Notes under the pieces: model-generated | Database searches by the model: none | The model's input: only the letters and a program-made list of their open reading frames with translations | What the model was told of the DNA's origin: nothing | Program-made: the position numbers and the translations under genes | Part shown: piece after piece, positions 48,271-61,299 of the stretch | How positions within the stretch are numbered: the first letter of the stretch is position 1 | Layout of the letters: each line of letters opens with the position of its first letter | Assembly: GCA_024137785.1 (NCBI GenBank) | Contig: JAHRHZ010000035.1 | Span: 24,389,601 to 24,453,600, forward strand | Reading direction: 5' to 3' | Length of the DNA stretch: 64,000 nucleotides | DNA from: Ginglymostoma cirratum | Taxonomy: Eukaryota

Positions 48271-51200
48271 GTTGTACGTTATGTTATATTGCATAGAAAT
48301 GCTGTATTAATTTGTTGACTGGATGCAGTAAAAACTGGCAAATTAAAACCAAAAAGTATCTGCTTTTGTTTAGATTTCTTGCTCAAATGTGGTAAGGCAC
48401 AATTGTGCTGTTCAAGTCAAATTTTCCTCTGTGTCTTGTTTTATTCTGGAACTCTCGAAGTAGTCAAAACTGTGCAATGTAATGTTGTTTTACAGCACTT
48501 TCCCCTTCCTTTGACAGATACAGAGATGCAAAATGTGGCTATTGGCAGTAAACAGATAGTGTTGCCTGATATCTGTTCTCCACATTACACGCTTAGGCAG
48601 CACTGAGGCATCAAAGTGACTATTGGAATATTCTATTTTTGTATAGTGTTAAAATATAAATTTCAGCATACTCAATTTATTTATATTGGTGATCAGTGAT
48701 TGGTGCCATTTTAAGGGATCTACTGTGATCAACAGATCAAACTTATAGTTAGAGATCTTTAGACGCACATTTTCATTTTTTAAAATATCACTATAAATGC
48801 AATACATCATCAGAGCAGTTAAAGCTTTCTGATCTAACAGCCTTCAGAGTTGCATTTTAGTTTATTGGCGGCTAAAAGGTTTTTTTGTTGACCCTTGCAG
48901 AATTATATTTTCTTGATTCTTGCAGCTTTAAATGAAATTACATTTGTTGTAACGTTGAAATGCAAATCTGCTCAGAAATTCCTCTGCACAAATTTGTTTG
49001 ATGTACAAATTTAAGGTGTGAACATTAGGTTATTAGCTTCCATAAATCATGAAGTGCCAGGTCCAATAACTTGCCCTAAGTCTCTTGACATTCAGTAAAG
49101 AGTCAAGGCAAGAGAAGTATCGAGCCAAACTCATTAATGGCATTTGTTCTCAACCACCTAGTGATCTATTTGCAGATGATAGATGAGTGCTTTCTCACCC
49201 TACACTGTGACCAACCTTGTCCCAATCTTGAATATCTGTCAAGACGTTAAGTGGCCTGCCACAATCACCAGTGAAATAAGACCTCTGTAATCTGATGTTC
49301 CACTTAGAAAAGAAAACAAAATTCCTGCCACTTAATATAGGACTACAGCATGGTCAATACAAAAAGCGCATTCAGCAAGTGGTGTAGAAGCTAGATAAAA
49401 TCTTTACACCTCATTATCAAAAGCATTGCATTTTCAGCCAGCTGCCACCACAGTATAATCCTAGAGTTAGTAGTATAATTCTATCTCAGTTTTAAGTCTT
49501 TTTTTAAAACCTATTTTCAAAAACATCTACAAATATATTCTGATATAAATATCCTATTCTGTGTGCACCTTTTATAACTTAAAAGTTTCTCATGGTCAAT
49601 CTGTATGAATGAAGTGGTCAATAAGTTTATAAATTGAATGCAAGGCCAGGAGAAAAATACTGCACAAATCTCTCCCTATTTGAGAATACTTAATGTAGGA
49701 TAGACTACTTTTATTTCACACCTGATTCGTTTTCAAAACAAACTCAAAAGATCAAAGTGTCTGTTCTGCCTTCAAGTCCATCCCTCTTCATTCATTGAAG
49801 CCTAACCTGTTCCCACCTGACACATTTCTAATTCATAGTTTGCATTTCACGAAGGATTAGTAGCCTGTAATTGAATACTCTGCATGATTTTCAAGGGGTG
49901 GTGGGAGAGAGGTGGGGATGGCAAAAGTCACCGGCACGCACCCTTGGCCTCATTAGAGCTACGATACAGCTTTATAATACCAAAGAGTGAGGCCAAGAAT
50001 GCAAAGGCCTGAGGTTAACCACACACGTGCACAGAGGCTTCTCATTGGACACACTGAATTCCTTTACATATTTCAAAAGAGCTGCAAACAAAAAAATTCA
50101 AAGTTTATATTTGGTTTTCTTTGTTTAAAAAGCAAAGATTTTTCATATTGCTTCCATTAGGAAGCTTCATGTCTGTGCACTTTGCAAGCTATTTATACAT
50201 GGATATTAAGATAAATTAAGTGATTAGAGTATTATACTGTTAAAGTTATCTCTGATGTGCAGCAGGAGCTAAAAGCTCCTGAATTTGATCTCTGTGAAAT
50301 TGTGAAGTAACAGCGAATCATATTGTGTAATGTCATAGAAAATTACCACACAGCATCAACTTGACTTTGATTTTTAAAAAAGCAATTAATATGTAATTTT
50401 GAAATAGTTGTACATTTCTAAATATCAAAACAAAGCTGTTTATATTAGGGCAAATATATTGTTGTGTGATATTTCGGAAAAACCACCAAAGTGATGCTAG
50501 TGATGTTGCCTCAGTATCCAAGAGACTGATTGCATTAGGGTCTTTATTCTACACAATTGATGCAAACCTGTGTGGGGGTGTATATGTTGCAGCTTGAGTC
50601 ATGGCTGTGTCAACCTTCAGATAGTTCCATGGTTGACCAGTAGGCATGTGTAGATTTACCATCAACCTGACCTTTACCAGAGCATATTAGTGCCATTTAT
50701 TAAGAGATTGCCTTTATCCTGGAAGCTTCAAAATCACTATAATAGCCAAATTTTAATTGTGAAATTAATTATTGCTGTCAAACCTGGAATTTTAGGAAAT
50801 GTCGCCTTGGTAAGGAATCAAGTCTACTTTTCCTTTTCTAAATAAATTTAGAAATCTCACTAGAAGTATTTATTATCCTGATTATATTCATCACTTTTAC
50901 ATTTAATATTTTGTTTGATTCCGTATTTTTGTTAAAAAAAGGTTACATTGGTGGTAGAGCATTGAAATTTGAATTCTGTTTTTTTAAACAAATCATGTGC
51001 CTCTGTTAGCTCTGTTGGTTGCCTTAATTGAATCAGTTCATATGTAGTTGTGATTGCTGTGTGTCACGGCGCAGTCAGATGTATAACTTTGGTTGATCAC
51101 TGTTAAAAAAGCTTAAGAACTTTAAAGGAAGAAATGAAGACCGTGACAACTGACCTCTTGGCCTTTATTTTGAAAAAGCTTGAAATTATATCATAAGCAA

Positions 51201-51853
51201 AAATTTCAGATGAGACCCTTCTACTAATTTAACCAAGGAAAGAAAATCTAAAGATGTAATTGGTTGCAACAGCCAAGATAGAGAGAAAGGGATGATTCAT
51301 TCAGACTGCTAAATCATGGTATAATTTCAGAGCTGATATCTCTGGCTGATCATACTTTAATTTTTAAAAATAATATATTTTCAGACAAGTGGAGTCCACC
51401 ATGTATGATTCCTCTCCCATTATTTCCAGTGGGTATAGATTATTAAGGGAACCCACAAGTTTGGAAAGGCTCCATTAGATCATCCTGAACCTGTACTGCC
51501 TTTCAGGACACGGCCTAATCTAGGGTCATCTATTTGCAGAAAACCATTCCGCACAAAGAAACTGTTTCTCAGTGTACTCATTGCCACTATCAAATCCCTC
51601 AAATTCTGCCTCTTTGTCATTGACACAACACAAATTTGGTAAACACAAAGTTGCTCCAAGTTGGTAAATGTGAACCATCATTGGTCCTTAAAATAGATGT
51701 TTCTTGTACACAAAGACAAACGATTAGTCTTTGAAGAAACACAACTTCTGAAGTTTGGAGCTAAGTTGAATCCTGTAACCGAAACTTTGATATCATTGTA
51801 TAGGAAGCCCTTTACAATACATTTGCTGAAGGATATGTATGTTTTGAGCCAGT

Positions 51854-52186
51854 ATAGAATTGTTGAGCCCGACAGTGTGGAAGCAGGCAATTCAGCCCAT
51901 CAAGTGTACACTGCCCCTCCAAAGAGCATTTCACCCATATTCATCCTTACCCTATAACCCTGCATTTCCCATAGATAATCCACCTAGCCTGTACATCCCT
52001 GGACACAATGGGCAATTTAGCATGGCCAATCCACCTCTAAACTGCACATCTTTGGACTGTGGGAGAAAACTGAAGCAGACACAGGAAGAATGTACAAACT
52101 CCACACAGACAGTTGCCTGAGGGTGGAATTGAACCTGGGTCCCTGGCGCGTGAGGCAGAAGTGCTAAACACTGAGCCACAGTGCCC
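51854..52186 (-). mobile_element. HE1-type V-SINE, full length
   Basis: Minus strand: GGCACTGTGGCTCAGTGTTTAGCAC (A box), GGTTCAATTCC (B box), V-domain gtctgtgtggagtttgtacattctt...cccacagtccaaagatgtgcag...ggattggccatgctaaattgccc, and a CR1-like tail. Confidence 0.9.
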
Positions 52187-53081
52187 TCCCTTGTTTAAAA
52201 TATCAAAACGTACAATTAAAAACTATTTCATTTAAGATATAATGTTCATGCTATTACAGCGTAGAATTTTTAATTGTATTTGGTCCTGGACTTCAGACAC
52301 CTGTATGAATTTAACGGAAGATTATTATGTGTCAAATTGTATATTTGAAGGAGAGGTGTATTTTTGAACATCAGAACAATTTCTTGTTGATCCATTAGAA
52401 GCCTTAAAGAGTCTATGTTTCTTTTCATTCCCAGGACTTTCTGTTCAGTGACCTGGGCTTTTAATATTTTATCTTATGTGAATATCTTATCTATTGCACA
52501 TCTCTGTATCAGATGTTAAAAAAAGTTACAGTTTTTAAATTGTTCTTTCCAAGTGCATGATTTAAAAATGTTAAACTCATCAATTTGACTCCATTTTTCT
52601 CTAATGTTTAGTGATATAAAAATATATTTTAAAGGGCCTAGCATACAAAGTATTACACAAGAGTTTATTACTGTTTTAGAGAAGTGATTAAATTGGTTGC
52701 AACTTTTTTCTTAAAGCAGATTTCAATTACTGTCTTTGTTCAAGATAGTTATGATGATTCTATCCTTTTGTGATGCATTGGGTTTACAACCAAACAATCC
52801 TGAATATTGTCCTCTTTTACATGGATGAAATTTTCTCTTGTAATTGTGTTTTATTTTTGCACCTTAGAGTAATAATGAGGAATGACAATTAAAGTAAGCC
52901 AAGGGAATAAGAATCAAAGACTTGAAATTCCCTTTGGCAAAGAGTTCACAATTTGAATGTGCAGTCATCAAACTCAAAACAGATGTGAGCACACGGCTGT
53001 AAGATTCATGGTCAATGCCAGAAACATATAACAGCTCTATTTTGTGCAAGACTGAAGTCTGCAGTGTACTGATCATTTTAA

Positions 53082-53172
53082 TTAAGGAAGGGTTTAGGCC
53101 CGAAACGTCAAGTTTTCCTGCTCCTATGATGCTGCTTGACCAGCTGTGTTCATCCAGCCCCATGCTTATCTC
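53082..53172 (+). mobile_element. Penelope-like terminal remnant with a partial hammerhead
   Basis: ttaAGGA-AGGGTTTAGGCCC-GAAACGTC followed by ttttcctgctcctatgatgctgcttgaccagctgtgttcatccagc. Confidence 0.7.
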
Positions 53173-53593
53173 CTTAAATGTGGTTGTTTTGTAAGTTTCA
53201 TGTGTAACATTTAGTTCGACTTCCAATTAATCCTGTAAAGAGTGGCAGGATTCAGATACTATCATTATAGCTTTCAGGTCCAGTAAGCCCATGCCCATTA
53301 TTATGCCAGAGAATGTTTTCATATAGCTCAAAAAGCTGTAAATCCATATTTTATTGGGATTTATTTGGCCTGTCTTACTGATGTACACTTAAAGAAGGAG
53401 TCTCACATTCAAGATCCCCTTTTAAAAAGCAAAGAGTAGAGTTTATGTTTAACATTCGTTTTTTTTCTGCATCACTATTGATTAAAAAAGGTTTGTTTAA
53501 ATATTAAGTGCTGATCTAGTCAAATAACATGCATGTGTCAATTACTGACTTACTACATCCACGTGAATGTCTCAATTTTCCATGGCTTTTTGT

Positions 53594-54847
53594 GGGCAGA
53601 ATCTTCTAATTCCCTGCTGGATTAATGGAACTTTCTAGGGTAGATAACCCAATTTCCGAATGGGTGGCCCATGTAAGGCTCTTACCTAGAACAGCGGCAT
53701 TAACATCTTGTCTCCAGCTTCCTCAACCAATTGGTGATGATATGCCCATTGTGCTCAAGACAGGATTTCCTGATTAATGGGACTCACCATGGGTTACAAG
53801 GTCTCACCAGCATCTGGACTTCTGAGGCTGAAGCAATGATAGAAGAGGAGAGGAGATATGGGAATGCTGCTCCCTATGTCTCTTCCTCTTGTCTGGAGGT
53901 CCTCCTGCAGGACCAGAGGAAGTGCAGTGAGGTGAGTTTATCCAAGACTGAGCAGAAGAGCATTGTCTCTCCAACCAAGCGGGTGTGGAACAGTCAAGGA
54001 GATCAGCTGCAGAAATATAGTCCATCCAATGAATTTAAGGATCCAGGCCCTCAGGAGGCTCTCTGTCTGGCAGTAGCTCACATTCTGATCTGAACCGTCA
54101 GCATTCTCACTCGCCTTCAGTCTCTTTGCCGCTCCAACTCATGCTCCAAGTCACCCTCAACAGAGGTTGTTGCAAACAGTTATATCTGTCTGCTTCCTTC
54201 CCTTGCAGTGGATGGGAGCACACAACCTCAACCAGGGAAAGATTTCAGTGTAGGGAGTTGCCTTTGAGTGACAGGTACTTTAGCTGCTACTGGCAATGCA
54301 TGTCCATGTCCTGCGCTGAGAGTGAAAGTTTTATTCCAGGCGGCTGTAGACAATTGCAATAATCTGCCATGACAGCTTTATCTGCCTGAGGCATTATAAC
54401 GCAAATTAACTATCTGCCCATGTTCGAGGCGCTCACCTCCTTCCAACAAATCTGGCAGCAGAATCACCTTGAGGCATCAAGGCTTTTGTAAGTCACTGGA
54501 AAGTGGGTGAGAGATCTGCACTGCCTATTCCAGGGAAGTTCTGTCAATTCATGAGCCAATCAGGTAATGGCAAGCCTTCCCTGGAATCTGGGTGAGGGGG
54601 ATGTGTGGACAGAGTGTCTGAAGTCTGAGCAAGGGTGTAGCTCCCAGCAGGCAATCCCCTGCCCAATGTCCAGTCCCTTGGTTGGGCACTGATTGCCTTT
54701 GATCAATGGACCAACCCCTGTAAAGTGAGTTTGAGGGTGTAATCTGTCTATGTGCTCACAGTTAATCCCAAAAGCAGTCAAGTGATGCCCTTGCGTGGTG
54801 GTAGTGTGGAAAGTCAGTCGCGGGCCATCTCGCCCAGAATTTAACCC
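53594..54847 (+). mobile_element. Decayed PIF/Harbinger-like element with a Myb/SANT-like ORF remnant
   Basis: AAPYVSSSCLEVLLQDQRKCSEV...TKRVW resembles the Harbinger Myb domain (APRFS..LEVLL...W). Ends are GGG...CCC with an identical 3-bp flank TGT/TGT, but the TIR match is weak. Confidence 0.55.
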
Positions 54848-54849
54848 TG

Positions 54850-55090
54850 TTTCAGTGATGTCGGCTGAGGGATAATTGTTGGCCAGAACACAAGGAGAAA
54901 GCTCTCTTGCTCTTCTCAGATTATTGCTGTTGGGATACTTTAGGTCTACCTGAGAGACCAGACACCTAACAGCTCACCTGGGAGACAGCACCTTCTGCAT
55001 TTGCTTTGCACTGCAGTGAAATGCCTGCAGAAGACCCTAGAGTGGGACTTGCAGACACTGACCTTCCAAGAGTGATTCCATTGTGCCAAA
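54850..55090 (-). mobile_element. DeuSINE (SacSINE1-like) fragment
   Basis: gtgatgtcggctgagggataattgttggccagaacac...tgggatac...acctgagag...gacagcacct...gagtgggacttg. Confidence 0.6.
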
Positions 55091-55734
55091 AATGTGCTAA
55101 ACAAGTTTGTCACTATCTGTTGATGAGTCTTTTCACATTCTCAATGAAAGCTGGCATGGACTTTCTTTCATGTAGTGTTCTGTTGCTTTCTTTCATTGGG
55201 AGGAAATATCACTGAAACTATTATTATTGGATGGCTGGTCAGTAGAAGCAGACCAATCCACACATGAAACTGGATACTGGTGGGATTGAGGTTCCATGGG
55301 GTGCCTTTCTGATGAAGCAAAAAGTACATAACAGCTCATTATGGAGATTAACATAACTCCTACCATATGATATATCTTATCAAGTCAGCAATAGTGTGTC
55401 AAGAAGGACACAATAATCAATGAGGACAAATAGTCAGAAAATCTTTAAACCAGTTCAGAATTATTGAAATCAAAGTGATACACAGAAAATAATTTTCCTT
55501 TAAAGGCTGAAGCAATGAAAAATATAAAGCTGTTAACATGTTCGTCCCTTCACATTGAAGCAGTGATTTAAAGCTCATCTTTATCTCCCTCATTTATCAG
55601 CTCTCCTATCAATGAGTGAAGGTAGTTCTTTTTTGCAATAAGCTGTCATCCACTGATTGACTCGGAGAAGTAGACAGATATGCCATTGAGGGGAGGGGAT
55701 GCAGGGACAAGGAAATGTATTCAGAGTGGGACTA

Positions 55735-56085
55735 TTTCTTTATTGATAGGATATGGATATCACTGGCTAGGTCAGTGTTTATTTCCCATCCCTAATTGCC
55801 CAGAGGACAGTCAAGAGTCAACCACATTACCATGAGTCTGGACTCACATGGATGGTCAGACCAGGCAAAGATGGCAGATTTCCTTCCTGAAAGGATATTA
55901 GTGAAGCAGATGTCATTTTTTTACAACAAAGTAATTGTTATATTGTGGTTATATTGTCACCTTCAGGCTAGCTGTTCATTCCCGATTTTAATTGAATTCA
56001 AATTTTACCATCTGCAATGGTGAGATTTGCACCCACGTGGTTCTGGATTACAAGTCCAGTGACAACAGTACAGTGGCTACACCCC
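55735..56085 (-). mobile_element. tRNA-derived SINE (same family as 1455-1802)
   Basis: cccatccctaattgcccagaggacagtcaagagtcaaccacatt...ttgaattcaaatttt...ctggattacaagtccagtgac. Confidence 0.8.
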
Positions 56086-56284
56086 CAGTTGTTCAGATAT
56101 AGAGCCGACCAATTGTTAATAAAGAAGTACCGATTAAAAAAAAAACTAGCACTCAACATGTGATAATCACCAGCAAAAATTCATAAAACTGCAGTCCATC
56201 ATAAGCGGATTCATTAAACAAGAGTTTCACGGATCTCAAAAGAGCCGAAATGTTTTTGTTCATTTAGAAATACCGCATGTTTTC

Positions 56285-58300
56285 TGGAGTTAATCAGTTG
56301 CAGTTATAATCCCCAAATGAAACCAAATGGTGGCCGTTCTGTCTCCATGAAATTTCAAACCTCAATAAATGGTCTTGATTCATTAGCTTGACATGGCCGA
56401 ATTCTGATCTCCAAATCCGGATTTGGAAACTAGACAGAGCTGGAGTAATAAAAGCTGAAGGCCCTGAGAGTGCCAATTGCCCGTGTAGTGCCAATTGTTG
56501 GCAAGGAGCATGCTGCGTGTGTGCTGTGCATGCCTCAATTAGCTAGATCGTGATGTTATCCAGCCTTACTGGCTGATATGAATTTAAACATTTTGATTAT
56601 GCACTCTCATTCAAACAGTTCACTGGTCATTCACTGAACAGTGTCCTTATCACCACAAGTTGGACACACCACTGGCACTATTTAAGGGGCCAGGCATCCA
56701 TCTTGCAGGTGAGGTGAGCTACACTCACCTCTCTTGTCGCAAAATCTCTGGAAGTGATCTGTAGTGGATTTGGAGGTGTTGTGGTGAGTTGATGGATTTA
56801 ATGGGGAGTGGTTACTGCACCCTTGCTGGGAGGGTACAGGATTTGCACCAAAAGGTATTGGGGATTACACTACCTGGGTGGGGGAGGTGGGGGGAGATGT
56901 TGTGGGCAGCAGCAGAATGTCAGAGAGGATGGGCAGAGGCTCCAGGGAGGGTGAGCCATGCATAATCTCCTCTGCCAAGTTGGAGCTAGACTCCTCTGGG
57001 CTCCTTGCCAATGACAGCAGGCTGGCTGGCAGGTCATACAGTAAACCCAGCTTCATGGTGTGCATTATCACCAGCATTCACTTATATGTTCTATTGTTCT
57101 ATCAATGTACCATTTAGCAGAACTCCTCGAGGACTGGCCCCTATGGGGAGGCTGGCACATGAACCATCCTGCCACACTCCTGGCATCATCAGGTTTGCAG
57201 TGACATTGGCTAGTATGGGCACCATGATGATGAGAACCGTCATCTTTCGAGCACACAGGAGATGCACATGCTTTTGTTCCCCGCAGCTCTGCCCTGCTCC
57301 TTTCTATTTGCTATCACTGGGATCTGCAAGCCAGAGAGCAGAATGTCAGTGACCGTGTAGTATATCACAGCAGAATAGCTGGAGATATGTGAAGGCGAAA
57401 GCAGGAGAGGGCGAGGGTCAGACAGAGTATCTGATTGCTTTGAGTAAGTGCTGAGTGACAGTGACTACTAATGGGAACATGACAGTGGTGTAGTCAATCG
57501 AAAAAAATGTGGTGGGCAGCATACACTTTGCGAAGATACACTTTGGTAACCTTGCCCACTCACATGAAGCCATTGACTGTGAGCAGGTCTCCCGGTTCTT
57601 TGTCTGTGGGAGTGTGAAGAGGTCTCAGGTTATTAGACTGTGGGAGTGTGAGGAGGTCTCAGGTCATTAGACTGTGGGAGTGTGAGGAGGTCTCAGGTCA
57701 TTAGACTGTGGGAGTGTGAGGAGGTCTCAGGTCATTAATCTGTGAGACTATGAGGAGGTCTCAGGTCATTAATCTGTGAGACTGTGAGGAGGTCTCAGGT
57801 TATTGACTGAGGGAGTATGAGGAGGTCTCAGGTCATTAGACTGTGGGAGTGTGAGGAGGTCTCAGGTCATTAGAGTGTGGGACTGTGAGGAGGTCTCACG
57901 TTATTAGACTATCTGACTGTGAAGAGGTCTCAGGGTATTAAATTCTGGGGCTGTGAGGAGATCTCAGGTTATTAGACTGTGGGAATGCGAGGAGGTCCTG
58001 AAAGAGCACGCATTGACCTCCTTACCAACTTTCTCCCATTCCGTTCAAAAGGCAGACCTTAAGGGAATCTTTGCACCCAGGCTTTTCCCCCACAAAGCAC
58101 AGAAATAAGAACAAAATGCCTTCCTCCTGTTCACCTCCATAATTAGGCCTCAGGCATTGGGTTGGTGAAACTAGGAAGTCTGTCTCTTCTGTGCTCGTCC
58201 CTTGTACACTTCTTACATACAGCCAGTCCTACTTCCCTTCCACTGACAGCAGTCCCCCATTAGGGGGAAATGCATGCTGCTTCCAATAATGGTCCACCGC
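56285..58300. mobile_element. Decayed Harbinger-like element (Myb-like remnant on the minus strand, ~58000-58200)
   Basis: Across frameshifts the minus strand gives RDRLPSFTN...MEVNRRK...EWEKVGKEVNA, a Myb/SANT-like pattern. The interior is GC-richer. Boundaries are uncertain. Confidence 0.45.
57575..58000. repeat. Minisatellite, 34-bp unit, about 12 copies
   Basis: Consensus agactgtgggagtgtgaggaggtctcaggtcatt. Units start at 57601, 57635, 57669, 57703, 57737, 57771, 57805 (33 bp), 57838, 57872, 57906, 57940 and 57974 (partial). Confidence 0.97.
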
Positions 58301-59914
58301 CAACATTATTTGGCCCATTATTTCGTCATTTTTTTCTTCTGTACCTCAGTGTGATATTGGCTCTTTTTAAGGAAGGAAAGTCCTTGCCCATCATAATTAA
58401 AACCTGGACCCCTTAGCACTTAACAAGTAGCATGGAGTGTTCCAATCAGCAAGCTGGTTCTTCAATATGTTTATGTTTTAAGCTTTTGGAGAATTTCTCA
58501 TTTGGTTGCATAATAGAGATTTTTTTTTGCTTTTACACAAACCATTGTTGAGGGAGATGATTGAAAAAGTGTTCCCATTTTCTTATCAGGCTTTCAGCAA
58601 ACATATGCAAAGATGGCAGCTGGGTTTCCTCATGGGATTTTGGGATCACCCTGTCATTTTCCAATTGACAGGCAACATTCATTGATCCCTTTATTCTCAC
58701 AGAATGTGAAAAAGCTCTTGGGAAATAAAGAAGCCTCCACTTGCACTACAAACCCATCTTAAAATTAAGTTCTGGCAAGATGTAAATTGTGACATTACTA
58801 TTAATGATGCGTAGAAATAGTGTATATGTGTAATCCAAGATCTGAAATGGTGTTCACAACACCTCCTAGCCTGTGTGTATTTGAATTGGTTTTTATCCAT
58901 CATGAAAATTGGGAACAGGTGCAGTAACTATGGGGAGGGGTGTGGTGGAATGGTATTAGTAGTAATTGTTGGTTATTGGTTAATGCAGACCAAATAATGT
59001 AATTTATTACAGTGTGTATTTACTCAGCCATTGCAAAAAGAAAAGACATTAGAAAGATGTTTCGTCGTGAAGATGATTCATTTAACAGTGAGCAGGAGCA
59101 AGTGGAGCTCAGATGATGACTTTGTACATAAATGTTAGTGAACCCTAATGTGAGGCCACTGATAGCCCTCTGCTGTAATGTGTTATTCATATATATGATA
59201 TATGTTTAGCTTTACACATGAAAACCTCAAATCTCTGGTAAACTGACATGAGGATTGTCCAGTCACTTATGTTGTAATGTTAATGCAAGAAATTTGAATC
59301 TCTATAATTTACATAAATGTAATTAGTAAACTGCATGACTGGTATAGAGGCATGAATTAGCTGGCTGTTGAAATGTTATTTGTGTGTGCTTTGAGAGTTG
59401 ACTTTAAAAACTCCCATTTTCAGTTGTACCAGTGGCTGATTTATTTTCTTTGGTGCTGTCTTGTTTGGATTTTGTGTCATATCTTACATACACCGGCTTT
59501 CTCATCTAACTGTTATCTACAAGTGAAATGCTAACTGTTAAGTGAGCTGCTGTACTGTGACAGTTTGTCCTCTGATAAGTACGAGCTGTGCTATTTGCTG
59601 CCAGGGGTTGAAAGATGTTTCCTTCAAGGATGGGTAGCAAAGAATGCCAAAAAAAAAACAAATCCGAGGTGTTTAGTGCTGGATGATCGGGTGCAAATGA
59701 TTCATTTCTGTGATGAAAAGAATAACACTGAGCTGCTTTCTTTACTTGACTGGATCAAAGACCAGGAGACAAAAATGATGTGAACTTGATACTCCTCCAC
59801 AGTCCTGATAGTCATGGACGATATACACTGTAACCAAAAGCACTTAGGGTTCATGTAACCCAATCTTCTCTCTGTAGCCCCTTTCTTTATTTCTTCCTTG
59901 TGACCCTCCCGCAG

Positions 59915-60019
59915 CTGAGGGACTGGACAGTAGAAAAACATGTCGAGCATAAAAAGGCAACATCTTGGGGGCAAAGATGACCCCTTGTCGCCACGTACTG
60001 GATTTCTGAAAGCAAATGA
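59915..60019 (+). other. Candidate start-codon-containing exon (ATG 59940: MSSIKRQHLGGKDDPLSPRTGFLKAN), host gene unknown
   Basis: Polypyrimidine tract plus CAG (59881-59914), good start context AAAAACATG, in-frame upstream stops, donor TGA|GTAAGC and retained CpGs. Confidence 0.35.
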
Positions 60020-61244
60020 GTAAGCAGAGTCAGCTAAAAAAATGGAAGGCTAAGGATGTATCATGTGGAAGATGGGAGGTTAGGTTTTTGCTCTCATCTG
60101 AGTGAATGTTATGCTTTAATCAAAGGGAGAGCTGCTGCTTGGCAGCCACTAATCTTTTTTTGTTTGCAAATATAGGGACTGGCTTTTTCTCAAAACACCG
60201 AAGGAAAACAAGAGTCAGCAACAACCAAGAGTTTCAATTCGTTTCACAACAGGAAATGTGGAGAATTTTTGGTAGGGAGGAGGTAGTGGGTACTGGTCAG
60301 AAATTAATTTTAAAAGGAGGAAAATGCCACTGTTATTGGCATCCATATTATTATCCTAATGCTCTATTGCTGTATATTTGTTTATCTTGCAAGCTCATTT
60401 AACGTATTAATGCATAACATCCAAATTAATTTCGTACTTTGTGTTGCAACACAGTAAATTTTTGATGTTAATATTTGAAGGTAGGGTTAACAGCAGTATT
60501 TTAAACACAAAATGAAAAGTGCCAACCTTAGCGTAATTTAAACACTAGAGAAAAGCTTTGAGTAGCCTTAGAGGGTTAATTATCAAATGTAAGATCACCA
60601 AGTAGTTTACATTCTATTGTCTCCAGGGTACATTTAGGAGAAGGGTAATATATATACTCTGATGTCTTGTAGGCAATTTAGGTAATGACTCTGATAAACT
60701 GAAAAGTGCACTATAGATAATTGGGGGTCTAAATGCTGAGGCAGACGATTGAAATATTGTTGCCATTTCTAGTCGTTAAGTAAGTGGTAAAAGGGGATGT
60801 GAAGTATCTAAACTGTGATACATTTGAATTGGGACAATAGATTTTTTGACATTTTATTTCCTATACTGGATGATATTTGTTATTGCAACAGCAGCATGAA
60901 GTATAAGCCTGTTATAAGCCTACTAAAAGTAACCTAAATATTTCTTCCTAGCTCCAAAATGCTACATTCCTAAATAAAATTTATTCAGGAGCTTTGAAGG
61001 CAAAGACCAGATATTGCATGGCAGTGATAATTGTGGAAACGTCACTTTTGTGGCTTTAACGGCTTTTTCTCTTTCGAAAACATAAACAGTGCCTGCAAAA
61101 AAAAATGACTCACTGCTTATAAAAATTGGGTTTAATGTGTTTAACTGTAATCTATAGAACTTGCCAAGACGCTGCCATATCCCCAAGAACCATTGTTGTA
61201 TAGCTTTACAGAACCTCTACATAAATCAGTTAATAAAACCTTAC

Positions 61245-61299
61245 CTGACAAGTAGCAGCTTTATGTTGGATGGAGCTGCCAACAGAGCCCTCCCAAAGC
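61245..61299 (-). other. Candidate 55-nt exon on the minus strand
   Basis: Acceptor ttcatttttcttctgtgtttttcag|G and donor CAG|GTAAGG are both near consensus. Confidence 0.3.

Noticed and set aside
56877-56897. G-quadruplex-like G-run cluster
   Set aside because: Only three runs of three or more G, inside a decayed transposon, with nothing suggesting function.
57575-58000. CRISPR-like array (34-bp periodicity)
   Set aside because: Units are contiguous tandem copies with no unique spacers, there are no cas genes, and the context is vertebrate. It is a minisatellite.
59113-59162. C/D box snoRNA-like ATGATGA...CTGA
   Set aside because: Only about 50 nt long, with no convincing terminal stem or recognisable rRNA guide.
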